Shown here: one piece after another, positions 40,650 through 50,380 of the stretch | Layout: each line of letters begins with the position of its first letter | How positions within the stretch are numbered: the first letter of the stretch is position 1 | Assembly (NCBI GenBank): GCA_964584305.1 | Contig: CAZOZL010000012.1 | Coordinates: forward strand, 2,873 to 66,872 | Direction: 5' to 3' | DNA: 64,000 bases | DNA from: an uncultured Burkholderiales bacterium | GTDB taxonomy: Bacteria; Bacteroidota; Bacteroidia; UBA8524 | The notes under the pieces: model-generated | Told to the model about the DNA's origin: nothing | Databases searched by the model: none | Seen by the model: only the letters and a program-made list of their open reading frames with translations | Program-made: the position numbers and the translations under genes

Positions 40650-42596
40650 ATGTCTCAGCCCCTGCCCCGTATTTATAAGAGCCTACTTTTTTCACTCCTT
40701 ATATTTTGGAGTGTAGTTACCCAAGCACAGCTAACAGAGCGGTACAAGAAAATAAACTTGTTGCCTAAAAGCAGCTTGTTGTTGGCTATTGATAGTCTTT
40801 CACATCCTGATACTATTCCTAATAGGTTTCAGCAATACCACCCACTATATAGAAATGAGATTGCCTTTTTAGATCAAGGCAATATAGTATCGGCATATAA
40901 ACCTTTATTGTTTAATGCTGAACGGAAAAGTGGATTTGATATGGGAATTCACCAAGCGTTTGGGCAATACCTTTTTACGCCTGATAAAATGCGGCTGTAT
41001 AAAGTACGCCGTGCCTATACCGCTTTGTTTTATGCGCAAGGCGGCGAGGAGTTTCTTACCTTAAAAGCACTGCACACCCAAAATATTAAACCCAACTGGA
41101 ATATTGGGATAGATTATAGGCGAATAAAAAGTAATGGTTTCCAGCAAAGACAATTAACGGGCGTGTACAATACCCGCTTATATAGCTGGTATCACAGTCC
41201 TGATGAGAAATACCACTTAATAGTTAATGCTACATGGAATAGAATACGCAACGAAGAAAATGGCGGTATAGCCAGCGATTCTGCATTTGAAGCCAATTCT
41301 GGCATTAGCCAAGTAGATGTGCGACTGGGAGATGAGGTAGATGAAGTGAAAAACTACATTAAAACCAATGATTACCGCATTACCAATATGTGGCGATTGG
41401 GCAAGAAAAGGCAACTAAAATATTTTTTACCAGAAACAGGTACTTGGGCATTTGACACTTCACAAACACTTGTGCCTAACTATGTAGTAACGCACGAATT
41501 TGCATATACAGGGAATAGATACTTATTTACCGATTTAAGTTTTGATACAGGTACTTATTACCCTTTTGCATTATTTAATAATGAGCAAACCTTCGATTCT
41601 ATTCAGCACAATGTAATTAGCAACTCCATCACTATTGCTACCGCCCCATTTATGAGCTACTTACGAGATAGTTTACCCGTAAAAAAAGCATTGCTTGTAA
41701 ATGCCACAGCAGGCTATGATTACCATACCATTGCATGGCAAAAGCAAAGCAGGGCTGCATATAACAATACCTACGTAGGCGGAAGCATAAGTACTAACCC
41801 ATATTTACAGTTTCCCATAACTTTTAAAGCCGAAGGGAAATTTTGGCTAACGGGTTATAACCAAGCTGATTATAAAGTAAAAGGGCAACTAAGTATAAAT
41901 ATAGGGAATATAGCTATTGATGGAGGGGCTTTGTTTCAAGCCTATGAACCACAAATAACACAATTTTTCTTTTTGGGAAATCATAATTTTTGGGAATATG
42001 GTTTTGATAAAACATTTGTCAATACTATTTCGGCAGGGCTACGCACCAAACGGCTGAAAAACAATTATTACCTCACAGTGAAACAACAGCTTGTAAATAA
42101 CTATATCTATTTTGATACCTCACTAATTGCACAACAAGAAGCAAAAGCCATTAGCATAACCAGTTTAAATTTTAGGAAAAAATTTAACATTGGAAAATTT
42201 TATCTTGATAATAATATAACTGCCCAAGTAACTACCAATACTGAAGTGATGCGAATACCTACAATAACCACGCGGAACACATTGTATTTTCAGGGGCATT
42301 TATTTAAAAAGGCAATGTATGCACAAATTGGGGTGGAGTTTTTTTACTACTCACAAATTGCTGCGGATACCTACGACCCCGAAACCCGACAGTTTTACTT
42401 GCAAAATAGGGTGAATATTGGCAACTACCCATTGTTTAATGCTTTTATAAACGGACATATCCGCAATTTTTCTCTTTTCTTGAAAATGGAACACGTAAGC
42501 GAAGGTTTGTTTGGAAACCGATATTATGCCTCACCTCATAACCCATTAGATGGGCGGGTATTTCGCTTAGGTATTTCTTGGAAATTTTTTGATTAA
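40650..42596 (+). CDS. large outer-membrane beta-barrel (putative porin family)
   Basis: Signal peptide; 648 aa rich in aromatic and glycine beta-strand pattern; C-terminal WKFF. Confidence 0.4.
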   Translation: MSQPLPRIYKSLLFSLLIFWSVVTQAQLTERYKKINLLPKSSLLLAIDSLSHPDTIPNRFQQYHPLYRNEIAFLDQGNIVSAYKPLLFNAERKSGFDMGIHQAFGQYLFTPDKMRLYKVRRAYTALFYAQGGEEFLTLKALHTQNIKPNWNIGIDYRRIKSNGFQQRQLTGVYNTRLYSWYHSPDEKYHLIVNATWNRIRNEENGGIASDSAFEANSGISQVDVRLGDEVDEVKNYIKTNDYRITNMWRLGKKRQLKYFLPETGTWAFDTSQTLVPNYVVTHEFAYTGNRYLFTDLSFDTGTYYPFALFNNEQTFDSIQHNVISNSITIATAPFMSYLRDSLPVKKALLVNATAGYDYHTIAWQKQSRAAYNNTYVGGSISTNPYLQFPITFKAEGKFWLTGYNQADYKVKGQLSINIGNIAIDGGALFQAYEPQITQFFFLGNHNFWEYGFDKTFVNTISAGLRTKRLKNNYYLTVKQQLVNNYIYFDTSLIAQQEAKAISITSLNFRKKFNIGKFYLDNNITAQVTTNTEVMRIPTITTRNTLYFQGHLFKKAMYAQIGVEFFYYSQIAADTYDPETRQFYLQNRVNIGNYPLFNAFINGHIRNFSLFLKMEHVSEGLFGNRYYASPHNPLDGRVFRLGISWKFFD

Positions 42597-42706
42597 TAGG
42601 ATTATGTTGAGACTACCTTATGAAGTGGGACTTAATCCCCGCTTTAGACTATAATTTTAAAAGAAACTAAGACCAGCAAGGGTTATATTTTTTTTAAAAG
42701 TACGTT

Positions 42707-42794
42707 AAAAGCCTTATAATTCTCTATAAGCGATAGGTTGAAACCTACCGCTTATGAGAATTACAGTGCAAGATTTTACTCCTATTTTTATAGG
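42707..42794 (+). repeat. structured intergenic repeat, copy C (short form with H0-H1, no H2)
   Basis: AAAAGCCttataattctctataag-cgaTAGGTTGAAACCTAccgc; compensatory CAGG/CCTG to TAGG/CCTA change in H1. Confidence 0.65.
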
Positions 42795-42857
42795 CAAATC
42801 TTATAGGTAACACTATACGTATCGGCATAAACAAACCCGCCCGTGCCATTTTATACT

Positions 42858-43826
42858 CTATGCAGTGGCATTAAGCTCTGCGAAAAAATCAATAATTTTA
42901 GTAGCTAATTCACTCCCTATTTTCACTTGCGCTTCATTGGTAGATGCGCCTACGTGTGCGCTCACAGATACTTTAGGGTGTTTTAATAGTGTATCATCTA
43001 CTGGTGGCTCTTTTTCAAATACATCCAAACCTGCAAAAGCTATTTTTCCACTTTCAAGTGCGGCTAATAATGCGCTTTCGCTTACAGCACCACCACGTGC
43101 GCAGTTTACTATGCCAGCACCATTTTTCATTATATCTATTTCAGCTTCACCAATTACAGGTGTATCACCTTGGTTAAAAGGGACGTGCAACGATACAAAG
43201 TCAGCATTTTTTAATAGTTCTTCTTTGCTAACGGTAGTTATAGGTACTTTAACCTTGTGGTTATTGCCTAAGTATAGTGTAAGTTCAGTTTTTTCTACAT
43301 ATGGGTCAAAAGCTAATACATTCATACCCAAGCCTATTGTTATTTTTGCTACCTCTTGCCCAATGCGCCCAAAACCTATAATACCCATAGTTTTGCCTTG
43401 CAGTTCAATACCTTTTGATGCTTTTTTAATGGCTCCAAATTTTTCTTTTCCTTCGGTGGGCATCTGGCGGTTGCTTTGTACTAAATTACGGGTAATGGCA
43501 AACAAATGCCCAAATACCAACTCGGCTACCGATACTGATGATGCGGCAGGCGTATTTACTACACGAATGCCTTTTCTGCGAGCATATTCTACATCAATAT
43601 TATCCATGCCTACACCACCCCGCCCAATTAGCTTAATATTAGGGCAAGCATCAATCAAATCTTTTCTAATTTTTGTGGCACTACGCACAGTAACTCCATC
43701 AAAATTTTTTAACTCGTTAACAAGGTTTTCTTGGGCAACATTTTCTGTTACCACTTCAAAGCCTGCATCTTCAAGCATCTTTTTTCCTATTGGGTCTATT
43801 CCGTCGTTGGCTAATATTTTAGGCAT
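42858..43826 (-). CDS. serA: D-3-phosphoglycerate dehydrogenase (D-2-hydroxyacid dehydrogenase family)
   Basis: GIIGFGRIGQEVAKI NAD motif; lies next to serC. Confidence 0.8.
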   Translation of the reverse strand: MPKILANDGIDPIGKKMLEDAGFEVVTENVAQENLVNELKNFDGVTVRSATKIRKDLIDACPNIKLIGRGGVGMDNIDVEYARRKGIRVVNTPAASSVSVAELVFGHLFAITRNLVQSNRQMPTEGKEKFGAIKKASKGIELQGKTMGIIGFGRIGQEVAKITIGLGMNVLAFDPYVEKTELTLYLGNNHKVKVPITTVSKEELLKNADFVSLHVPFNQGDTPVIGEAEIDIMKNGAGIVNCARGGAVSESALLAALESGKIAFAGLDVFEKEPPVDDTLLKHPKVSVSAHVGASTNEAQVKIGSELATKIIDFFAELNATA

Positions 43827-43882
43827 TTTTTATTAATTTTTATGTTTACTTTTTTGGGTTCAGGTCTTAAAATAAATGGCAA

Positions 43883-44968
43883 TTAGGCAGAAACCCCATT
43901 TTTCATTTGTTCAAATTGTTTCATGGTATCTATTAGTACATTTATACTCTCAATAGGCAGTGCATTATAGGTTGATGCTCTAAAACCACCCACACTTCTA
44001 TGCCCTTTAAGTCCACTTAAATTATTGGTTTTGCATAAGTCAAGAAACTCATCCTGCAGGCTATTATCTTTAAGCACAAAAGTTACATTCATTTTACTAC
44101 GGTCTTCAACGGCAGTAGTTCCTTCAAACAAAGGGTTACGGTCTATTTCACCATAAATGGCGTTTGCTTTTTCTGTATTGCGTTTTTCCATTGCTGTAAC
44201 ACCGCCCATTTCTTTTACCCATTTAAGCGTTTGTAGTAAAACATATATTGGAAATACAGGGGGGGTATTGTACATTGACCCGCCTTTTATATGTGTTTGG
44301 TAGTTGAGCATAGTAGGTATTGTGCGGTTTACTTTACCCAAAACATCATTACGAACAATAACTAAAGTAGCTCCCGCAGGTCCCATATTTTTTTGTGCGC
44401 CTGCATATATTAAAGCAAATTTTGATACATCAACAGGGCGGCTAAATATATCGCTCGACATATCACAAACAACATCTATTGGAGAATCGGGAAATTCCTG
44501 CATTTGTGTACCAAAAATGGTATTGTTTGATGTAATGTGCAAGTATTTTGCATCCGTTGGGATGGTGTACCCTTTGGGGATGTATGAGAAGTTTTTATCT
44601 TCAGAACTGGCTATGGTATTCACATTACCATACAGTTTAGCTTCTTTAGCAGCTTTACCTGCCCAAGAGCCTGTATTAACATACGTAGCCGTTTCATTAT
44701 CGCCCAATAGGTTAGCGGCTATCATAGTAAACTGTGTACTAGCCCCACCTTGAAGAAATAATATTGAATACCCATCAGGAACACTAAAAAGCTCTTTTAC
44801 ATTTGCAGTTGCTTCATCCATAACAGCTACAAACTCTTTACTTCTGTGTGAAACCTCGATTAATGATAAACCTGTACCTGCAAAGTTACGGAGTGCTTCT
44901 ATGGAATTATCAATGGCTGATTGCGGGAGAATTGCTGGGCCTGCGCTAAAATTATGGACTTTTGTCAT
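43883..44968 (-). CDS. serC: phosphoserine aminotransferase
   Basis: N-terminal FSAGPAILP motif of class V aminotransferase SerC. Confidence 0.85.
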   Translation of the reverse strand: MTKVHNFSAGPAILPQSAIDNSIEALRNFAGTGLSLIEVSHRSKEFVAVMDEATANVKELFSVPDGYSILFLQGGASTQFTMIAANLLGDNETATYVNTGSWAGKAAKEAKLYGNVNTIASSEDKNFSYIPKGYTIPTDAKYLHITSNNTIFGTQMQEFPDSPIDVVCDMSSDIFSRPVDVSKFALIYAGAQKNMGPAGATLVIVRNDVLGKVNRTIPTMLNYQTHIKGGSMYNTPPVFPIYVLLQTLKWVKEMGGVTAMEKRNTEKANAIYGEIDRNPLFEGTTAVEDRSKMNVTFVLKDNSLQDEFLDLCKTNNLSGLKGHRSVGGFRASTYNALPIESINVLIDTMKQFEQMKNGVSA

Positions 44969-45037
44969 GATTTGGTTTGGATTTTACTGCGAATTTAGCG
45001 CATTTATGTTACTTTAATAAAAAGCTAAAGACTAAAT

Positions 45038-45604
45038 TTGAACTCTATGAAAACAATGAAGCGGATAGGTATTGTGATTATCTTATTATTTGCGATAAAC
45101 AATAGCTTAATAGCACAAGCCAAACAAGGTGGTTTTAACTGGGATAAAGTAGTGTATGGGGGAAGTATTTTACCTCAATTTTCTAATTTTGGAACTACAA
45201 TAACAGCCAACCCATTTGTAGGCTATAAAGTTACAGACAAACTTGTACCAGGGATAATGCTAAGTTATAACTACTCACGATTAAGAAACTGGCCAAATAT
45301 TGGGCGAACCACCACTTTTAATTCTTTAGGGGTATCGCCATTTGTGAGATATTCTATTTTAGATAATTTTTTTGCCCAAGCCGAGTATGAGCTTTTAAAT
45401 GGCAACTTTAAGGTAACATCGCCCTCGCAAGAAGCATCATTTGCTGAAAATAATTTATTTATAGGCGGTGGGTATATTAATAGGTTGGGCGGTAATAATG
45501 CTATTTTTGCACAAGTGATGTATAATGTTACTTGGCAGGGTGCAGCAGGCAATTCTGTTTATGCCTCACCGTTTATATATAGAGTAGGGTTTTCTATTTT
45601 CTAA
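45038..45604 (+). CDS. outer-membrane beta-barrel protein
   Basis: Signal peptide, C-terminal Phe. Confidence 0.45.
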   Translation: MNSMKTMKRIGIVIILLFAINNSLIAQAKQGGFNWDKVVYGGSILPQFSNFGTTITANPFVGYKVTDKLVPGIMLSYNYSRLRNWPNIGRTTTFNSLGVSPFVRYSILDNFFAQAEYELLNGNFKVTSPSQEASFAENNLFIGGGYINRLGGNNAIFAQVMYNVTWQGAAGNSVYASPFIYRVGFSIF

Positions 45605-46224
45605 AATCCAATTGCATTTTTAATTTGGTCTATAAAATCTAAACCCCATTGTGGTCTTAGCATTAAGGTAAAAACAAAACCAAATACCGCTCCATAAAAA
45701 TGAGCATCGTGGTTTATATAATCACCACCTCGCTTGCCCATATATGATGAGTACACCAAATACAATACGCCAAACAGCACGGCTGGTATATATATTGGGA
45801 TAAAAAGCATCCCAATACCACCTAAAGGATTTAGTAATATTGAGGCGTATATCACAGCACTAGTAGCCCCCGAAGCTCCCAAGGAATTATAGGTAGGATT
45901 GTCCTTAAACTTTAAAAATGTACTTAGCGATGCAATAACAATAGCACTTATGTACATAAGTATAAAAGCAATAGTCCCCATAGCGTTTAGGTAAATGCTA
46001 TATACTGCCTCTACATTTTTACCAAAAATAAACAGCACCCACATATTTACTGCCAAGTGCGTATAATCAGCATGGATAAAACCATGAGTAACAAATCTAT
46101 ACCACTCTTTTCTACCATTAATCACATAAGGGTTAAAAATTAGCTTATCCATTATTTCCCGTCTCTGGAAAGAGTAAATGCTTAGACCAACAGTAATAAT
46201 TATAATAATTAGGGTAATGCTCAT
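45601..46224 (-). CDS. rhomboid family intramembrane serine protease
   Basis: GASGATSAV (GxSG) and a downstream His in a TM helix. Confidence 0.75.
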   Translation of the reverse strand: MSITLIIIIITVGLSIYSFQRREIMDKLIFNPYVINGRKEWYRFVTHGFIHADYTHLAVNMWVLFIFGKNVEAVYSIYLNAMGTIAFILMYISAIVIASLSTFLKFKDNPTYNSLGASGATSAVIYASILLNPLGGIGMLFIPIYIPAVLFGVLYLVYSSYMGKRGGDYINHDAHFYGAVFGFVFTLMLRPQWGLDFIDQIKNAIGF

Positions 46225-46389
46225 TACCTACAAAACAAAGCAATTTTAATGACTTTATAAAGGTATCTATCGTGGTTTTAAGGTCTGAAAAAAAATAGTA
46301 TTGGGTTAATCGTGTTAGCAGCTTTTGCCACAGCTACTTTTAATATTCTTTTGTGATAGGGAACGGTAAAATGAGTATTAGCTTAATGA

Positions 46390-46417
46390 AAGCAAGGCAG
46401 GGATGCCTTGCTTTTTT
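46390..46417 (+). terminator. strong hairpin (10-bp stem AAGCAAGGCA/TGCCTTGCTT) plus T6, located 33 bp upstream of the TraR/DksA start
   Basis: Seen directly; overlapped by a 40-codon ORF starting at 46371. Confidence 0.5.
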
Positions 46418-46449
46418 GTATATTGAGTTTTTATTAGAGAGGATTATGT

Positions 46450-46797
46450 ATGAAAGCGGAAAACAAACCACAATTTGGTAGCAATGAAATTAAAACTAAA
46501 ATTGAAGTTGAAATAGCTAAAACCAAAGCTATTATTATAGAGTATAAAGGTATGAGCCAACCTATTAGCCCTGAAAATGCAATTGGGCGTATATCGCGTA
46601 TGGATGCTATAAACAACAAAAGCGTTACAGAGGCTGCATTGCGCCAAGCAGAAAATAAACTTAAAAAATTAGAATTTGCTTTAACAAAAGTTGGAAGCAA
46701 AGATTTTGGTAAATGTATTAAATGCAAACAACTAATACCCATGGGCAGGATATTGCTTATGCCCCAAAGCACGCACTGTGTAGCTTGTGCAAGGTAG
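46450..46797 (+). CDS. TraR/DksA family C4 zinc-finger regulator
   Basis: C-terminal CIKC...CVAC four-Cys finger. Confidence 0.75.
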   Translation: MKAENKPQFGSNEIKTKIEVEIAKTKAIIIEYKGMSQPISPENAIGRISRMDAINNKSVTEAALRQAENKLKKLEFALTKVGSKDFGKCIKCKQLIPMGRILLMPQSTHCVACAR

Positions 46798-46800
46798 CAG

Positions 46801-47289
46801 CTATTGTTCCACAGTCATGTTAATCTTTAAGTCTTGCTCATCTACCTTAATCCCATCTTTATAAAAAATTAGCTTGTACTTGTGCGTAAAAGTAGTAGCT
46901 ACTTGGCAATTAAACTCAATATGCAATTCTTCACTAGTACTTTGAGTATCTGCACTTAGTGTTGTAGATTGCCGCCCATTGATAAACTGAGCATCTAAGC
47001 CCATATGTGGATTAGTAATAACAACCGAATCGGCAGTGCAAGAATCGTTAGTTCTACCACAAAATACTGTAATATTTGCTATATCTTGTGGACAAGGGCT
47101 TATGCCTATGGCATGTGTGGCAGAAACATCGGATGTAAACAAATAACTATTTGGTTCGGGAGCGGGTACGAATGGGGGAACTATATTATCCACCGTTTCT
47201 GGCTTACAACTACTAACAGCAAAAACAAATACTAATACTATTAGCGAGAGTATAGATAAATTAAGTGTAGCCTTACGAGTATATTTCAT
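46801..47289 (-). CDS. hypothetical lipoprotein
   Basis: Signal peptide plus VSSCK lipobox. Confidence 0.45.
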   Translation of the reverse strand: MKYTRKATLNLSILSLIVLVFVFAVSSCKPETVDNIVPPFVPAPEPNSYLFTSDVSATHAIGISPCPQDIANITVFCGRTNDSCTADSVVITNPHMGLDAQFINGRQSTTLSADTQSTSEELHIEFNCQVATTFTHKYKLIFYKDGIKVDEQDLKINMTVEQ

Positions 47290-47290
47290 A

Positions 47291-47320
47291 CATCAAATAT
47301 ATCAAATATATCAAATTTTA
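47291..47320. repeat. tandem 9-mer (ATCAAATAT x3) abutting the lipoprotein start codon
   Basis: Seen directly: acatcaaatatatcaaatatatcaaatttt. Confidence 0.7.
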
Positions 47321-47465
47321 AATGAAAAATTTTTACTTAGTAAAATCTGCTACCCTGATGAAGGTTAAACAAATTATTAACCAAGCAATGAAATTATAAT
47401 AATGAAAGAAGACCCCACTTTGCTTTACATTTAGTGATTAATTTAGCAAAGAATTAGAAAGTATT

Positions 47466-48398
47466 TTAAACCTGTCCAGCAAGTAAATACATAACTGCCA
47501 TACGTATAGCAACGCCATTTTCTACTTGTTGTAGTATAATACTGTGGTGTTTGCTATCAGCAACCTCGCTGCTTATTTCTACCCCTCTGTTTATTGGACC
47601 TGGGTGCATTACTGTAATTTCTTTGTTTAGCGAGTTAAGAATATCCAACGTTAAACCATATTGCAAGGTGTATTCTCGCAGGGTGGGAAAATACTTAATA
47701 TCTTGTCGTTCCATTTGAATACGCAGCATATTGGCTACATCGCACCACTCAAGGGCCTTGCGCAGGTTTGTTTCTACTTTTACCCCTAATGCGTTTATAT
47801 GTTTGGGAATAAGCGTGGTAGGTCCACAAACCATTACTTCTGCACCCAGTTTTTGCAGGCAAAGTATATTGCTTAATGCCACACGGCTGTGTAGTATATC
47901 GCCCACAATTACTACCTTTTTTCCTACTAAGCTATTCCCGTGGCGTTCTCTAATACTGTACGCATCAAGCAGGGCTTGGGTGGGGTGTTCGTGTGTGCCA
48001 TCGCCTGCGTTAATTATTTGGGCTTTTATATGTTTGCTTAAAAATACACACGCCCCTGGTTTGGGGTGGCGCAATACTACCATGTCAACCTTCATGGCAA
48101 GTATATTGTTTACCGTATCTATTAAGGTTTCCCCTTTTGATACAGATGATAATACTGCGGAGAAATTCACCACATCGGCACTTAAACGTTTTTGTGCCAA
48201 CTCAAACGATATGCGAGTGCGGGTGCTGTTTTCAAAAAATATATTGGCTATGGTAACATCGCGCAGACTGGGAACTTTTTTAATAGGTCGGTTAATTACT
48301 TCTTTAAAAGTATCAGCGGTTTCAAATATCAGCTGTATATCATCAGCGGTGATATTTTTAATCCCCAAAAGGTGGTCTGAACTTAGTCTGCTATTCAT
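47466..48398 (-). CDS. pyrB: aspartate carbamoyltransferase catalytic subunit
   Basis: STRTR and HPTQALLD motifs. Confidence 0.9.
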   Translation of the reverse strand: MNSRLSSDHLLGIKNITADDIQLIFETADTFKEVINRPIKKVPSLRDVTIANIFFENSTRTRISFELAQKRLSADVVNFSAVLSSVSKGETLIDTVNNILAMKVDMVVLRHPKPGACVFLSKHIKAQIINAGDGTHEHPTQALLDAYSIRERHGNSLVGKKVVIVGDILHSRVALSNILCLQKLGAEVMVCGPTTLIPKHINALGVKVETNLRKALEWCDVANMLRIQMERQDIKYFPTLREYTLQYGLTLDILNSLNKEITVMHPGPINRGVEISSEVADSKHHSIILQQVENGVAIRMAVMYLLAGQV

Positions 48399-48957
48399 TG
48401 TCTGTTATTAGCAATACTTGGTTGTTTTGGTGTAAAGGGTCAAAATTTACTTTCACTTTATCGTTTGCACGGGTATCTACTTGGCTGCCCACAAAATCAG
48501 GCTCAATGGGCAACTCACGGCTATACCTTCTATCTACTAAAATCATTAGTTCTACTCTGCTAGGTCTGCCAAAGGCAGTTAGTGCATCCATTGCGGCACG
48601 CACGCTTCGCCCTGTGTATAATACATCATCAATTAAGACAACGCTTTTGTCTTCAATCAAAAAATCGAGTTTGGTAGATTTGGGTATCAGCGGTTCACCT
48701 CTTCTAAAATCATCTCTATGAAAAGTAGTATCTAATTCTCCAAACGGAATATTTGCATTGCCTGATATTTTACTTACTTTTTCCCATATCATTCGGGCAA
48801 AGTTTACTCCACGAGGTTGCAAGCCTATTATTACTGTATCATTAAAATTGCCGTGTTTTTCATACAATTGGAAAGCAAGCCTTTGCAGGATAATGTTTAG
48901 TTTTTGGCTGCTTAGTAATATGTTATCTTTCAAAGGGCAAGTGTTTTTGCACTTCAA
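48391..48957 (-). CDS. pyrR: bifunctional pyr-operon regulator / uracil phosphoribosyltransferase
   Basis: PRPP-binding VVLIDDVLYTGRSVRAAMDAL; collinear with Bacillus PyrR; TTG start in the ORF track. Confidence 0.85.
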   Translation of the reverse strand: MKCKNTCPLKDNILLSSQKLNIILQRLAFQLYEKHGNFNDTVIIGLQPRGVNFARMIWEKVSKISGNANIPFGELDTTFHRDDFRRGEPLIPKSTKLDFLIEDKSVVLIDDVLYTGRSVRAAMDALTAFGRPSRVELMILVDRRYSRELPIEPDFVGSQVDTRANDKVKVNFDPLHQNNQVLLITDNE

Positions 48958-49197
48958 AAATAGTATTTTATAAAGAAACTAACGAACCTGTTTTAAAACG
49001 GTGCTTTTTTCTTTTAAAATTTCTGCTGTTTAATAGTAAGGTATTACTCTTTTTAGTACAGTACTTACCCGCAGTGCATTAATACTGCAAGTTGTGTAAA
49101 TAACTGGATACCAGTGTCTTTATTAGCTGTTAGCTATTGGTTTTTAGCCTTTAGTGCGGTGGCAGTCATGCTACACTTGATTTAGTATCTATGCGGC

Positions 49198-49311
49198 TAC
49201 CCTATTAAAAAAAGACAGAATAGGCACAAATGCCCATTCTATACATAAAGGTTTTGTTAAGGGTATGAATTGCGGCAGGTTTCAACCTGCTGCTAAGAAA
49301 GCTAATGCTTT
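49198..49311 (-). repeat. structured intergenic repeat, copy B (H1-H2), inside the pyrR leader
   Basis: See copy A. H2 here is a perfect 11-bp stem followed by T7 in the pyrR sense orientation. Confidence 0.8.
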
Positions 49312-49442
49312 CCCTTGCAAAAATATCCGTCTTTTAAAGACTAAATTTTGACAGAAAATCGTTTACTAATCATAATTACAGCGTATTTATTGAAAACTGG
49401 AACAGATATTGAATTATTTATAATAGAACCAATAAACAAATT

Positions 49443-50255
49443 ATGAAAAAGGTAATCGCATTTTTGGGCTTAATAGCCGTTTTAGGAACTTTACCCGCAT
49501 TTATTGATAAAGATGCACAGGAACTTAATACTGATAGTAAGGTGAAACTTAGAAGTATAGAAAACAACGCCTTCACTTATGGCGAGCATTTAAAATATAG
49601 AGTACACTATGGTTTTATAAATGCTGGCTATATAGACCTAAAGGTGAAAGAAAAGCCCGTAATTATTAAAGGCAGAGGCGTATATCATATTGATGGGTAT
49701 GGTCGCTCTCGCTCTGGTTTTGATTGGATGTTTAAAGTACGTGATCATTTTCAATCGTATTTGGATACACAAGCCCTTGTGCCTTTGCAGTTTATCAAAA
49801 GCCAAAAAGAGGGAGGATATGAAGATTCCGACTTTGTAATTTTTAACTACAAACTAAAAAAATACTTTAGCAAAAAAGGAGTTAAAGAAATTCCGCTTGA
49901 TATTCAGGATGTTGTATCAGTAGCCTACTACGCCCGTACGCTAAAAGTGAGTGACGTGCCTATTGGCACTTCATATATACTAAATGTATATTTAGATAAT
50001 GAGATTTTTCCTTTGAAATTTATAATTGATGGACGTGAGACTATTAAAACTGATATTGGTGAAATAAAAGCCATAAGAGTAGTGCCTCAAGCTATTAATG
50101 GGCGTGTTTTTAAAGATAAAAATGCTTTAAAAGTTTGGATATCTGATGATGAAAACAAACTTCCATTACGCATAAAAGCAAATATTATGGTAGGTTCTAT
50201 AAAAGCTGATATTACTCATCACTCGGGTTTAAAACACCCATTAAACTATAAATAA
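49443..50255 (+). CDS. secreted hypothetical (DUF3108-like)
   Basis: Signal peptide; family assignment is from memory only. Confidence 0.3.
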   Translation: MKKVIAFLGLIAVLGTLPAFIDKDAQELNTDSKVKLRSIENNAFTYGEHLKYRVHYGFINAGYIDLKVKEKPVIIKGRGVYHIDGYGRSRSGFDWMFKVRDHFQSYLDTQALVPLQFIKSQKEGGYEDSDFVIFNYKLKKYFSKKGVKEIPLDIQDVVSVAYYARTLKVSDVPIGTSYILNVYLDNEIFPLKFIIDGRETIKTDIGEIKAIRVVPQAINGRVFKDKNALKVWISDDENKLPLRIKANIMVGSIKADITHHSGLKHPLNYK

Positions 50256-50277
50256 TATTTTTAACAAATTACCTTTT

Positions 50278-50315
50278 ACCCCAACCTTAATTGTATAAGG
50301 TTGGGGTTTTTTATT
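50278..50315 (+). terminator. intrinsic terminator (ACCCCAACCTTA-attgta-TAAGGTTGGGGT plus T-run)
   Basis: Perfect 12-bp stem; overlaps the ORF-track start of the next ORF. Confidence 0.75.
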
Positions 50316-50380
50316 TCCTTTGCCCCTGTTTGAATTTTTTTAGTACCGAAAATATAGCCCTTACTCTTTGGGAGTATGAT

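Noticed and set aside
42865-43836. 323-aa plus-strand ORF
   Set aside because: It is fully antisense to serA, whose frame has clear NAD-binding and dehydrogenase motifs. The product is a low-complexity Ser/Thr/Pro-rich shadow ORF.
48958-49200. Bacillus-type PyrR binding loop (UCCAGAGAGG)
   Set aside because: Not found in the leader on the sense strand. Only the terminator-like H2 was seen.
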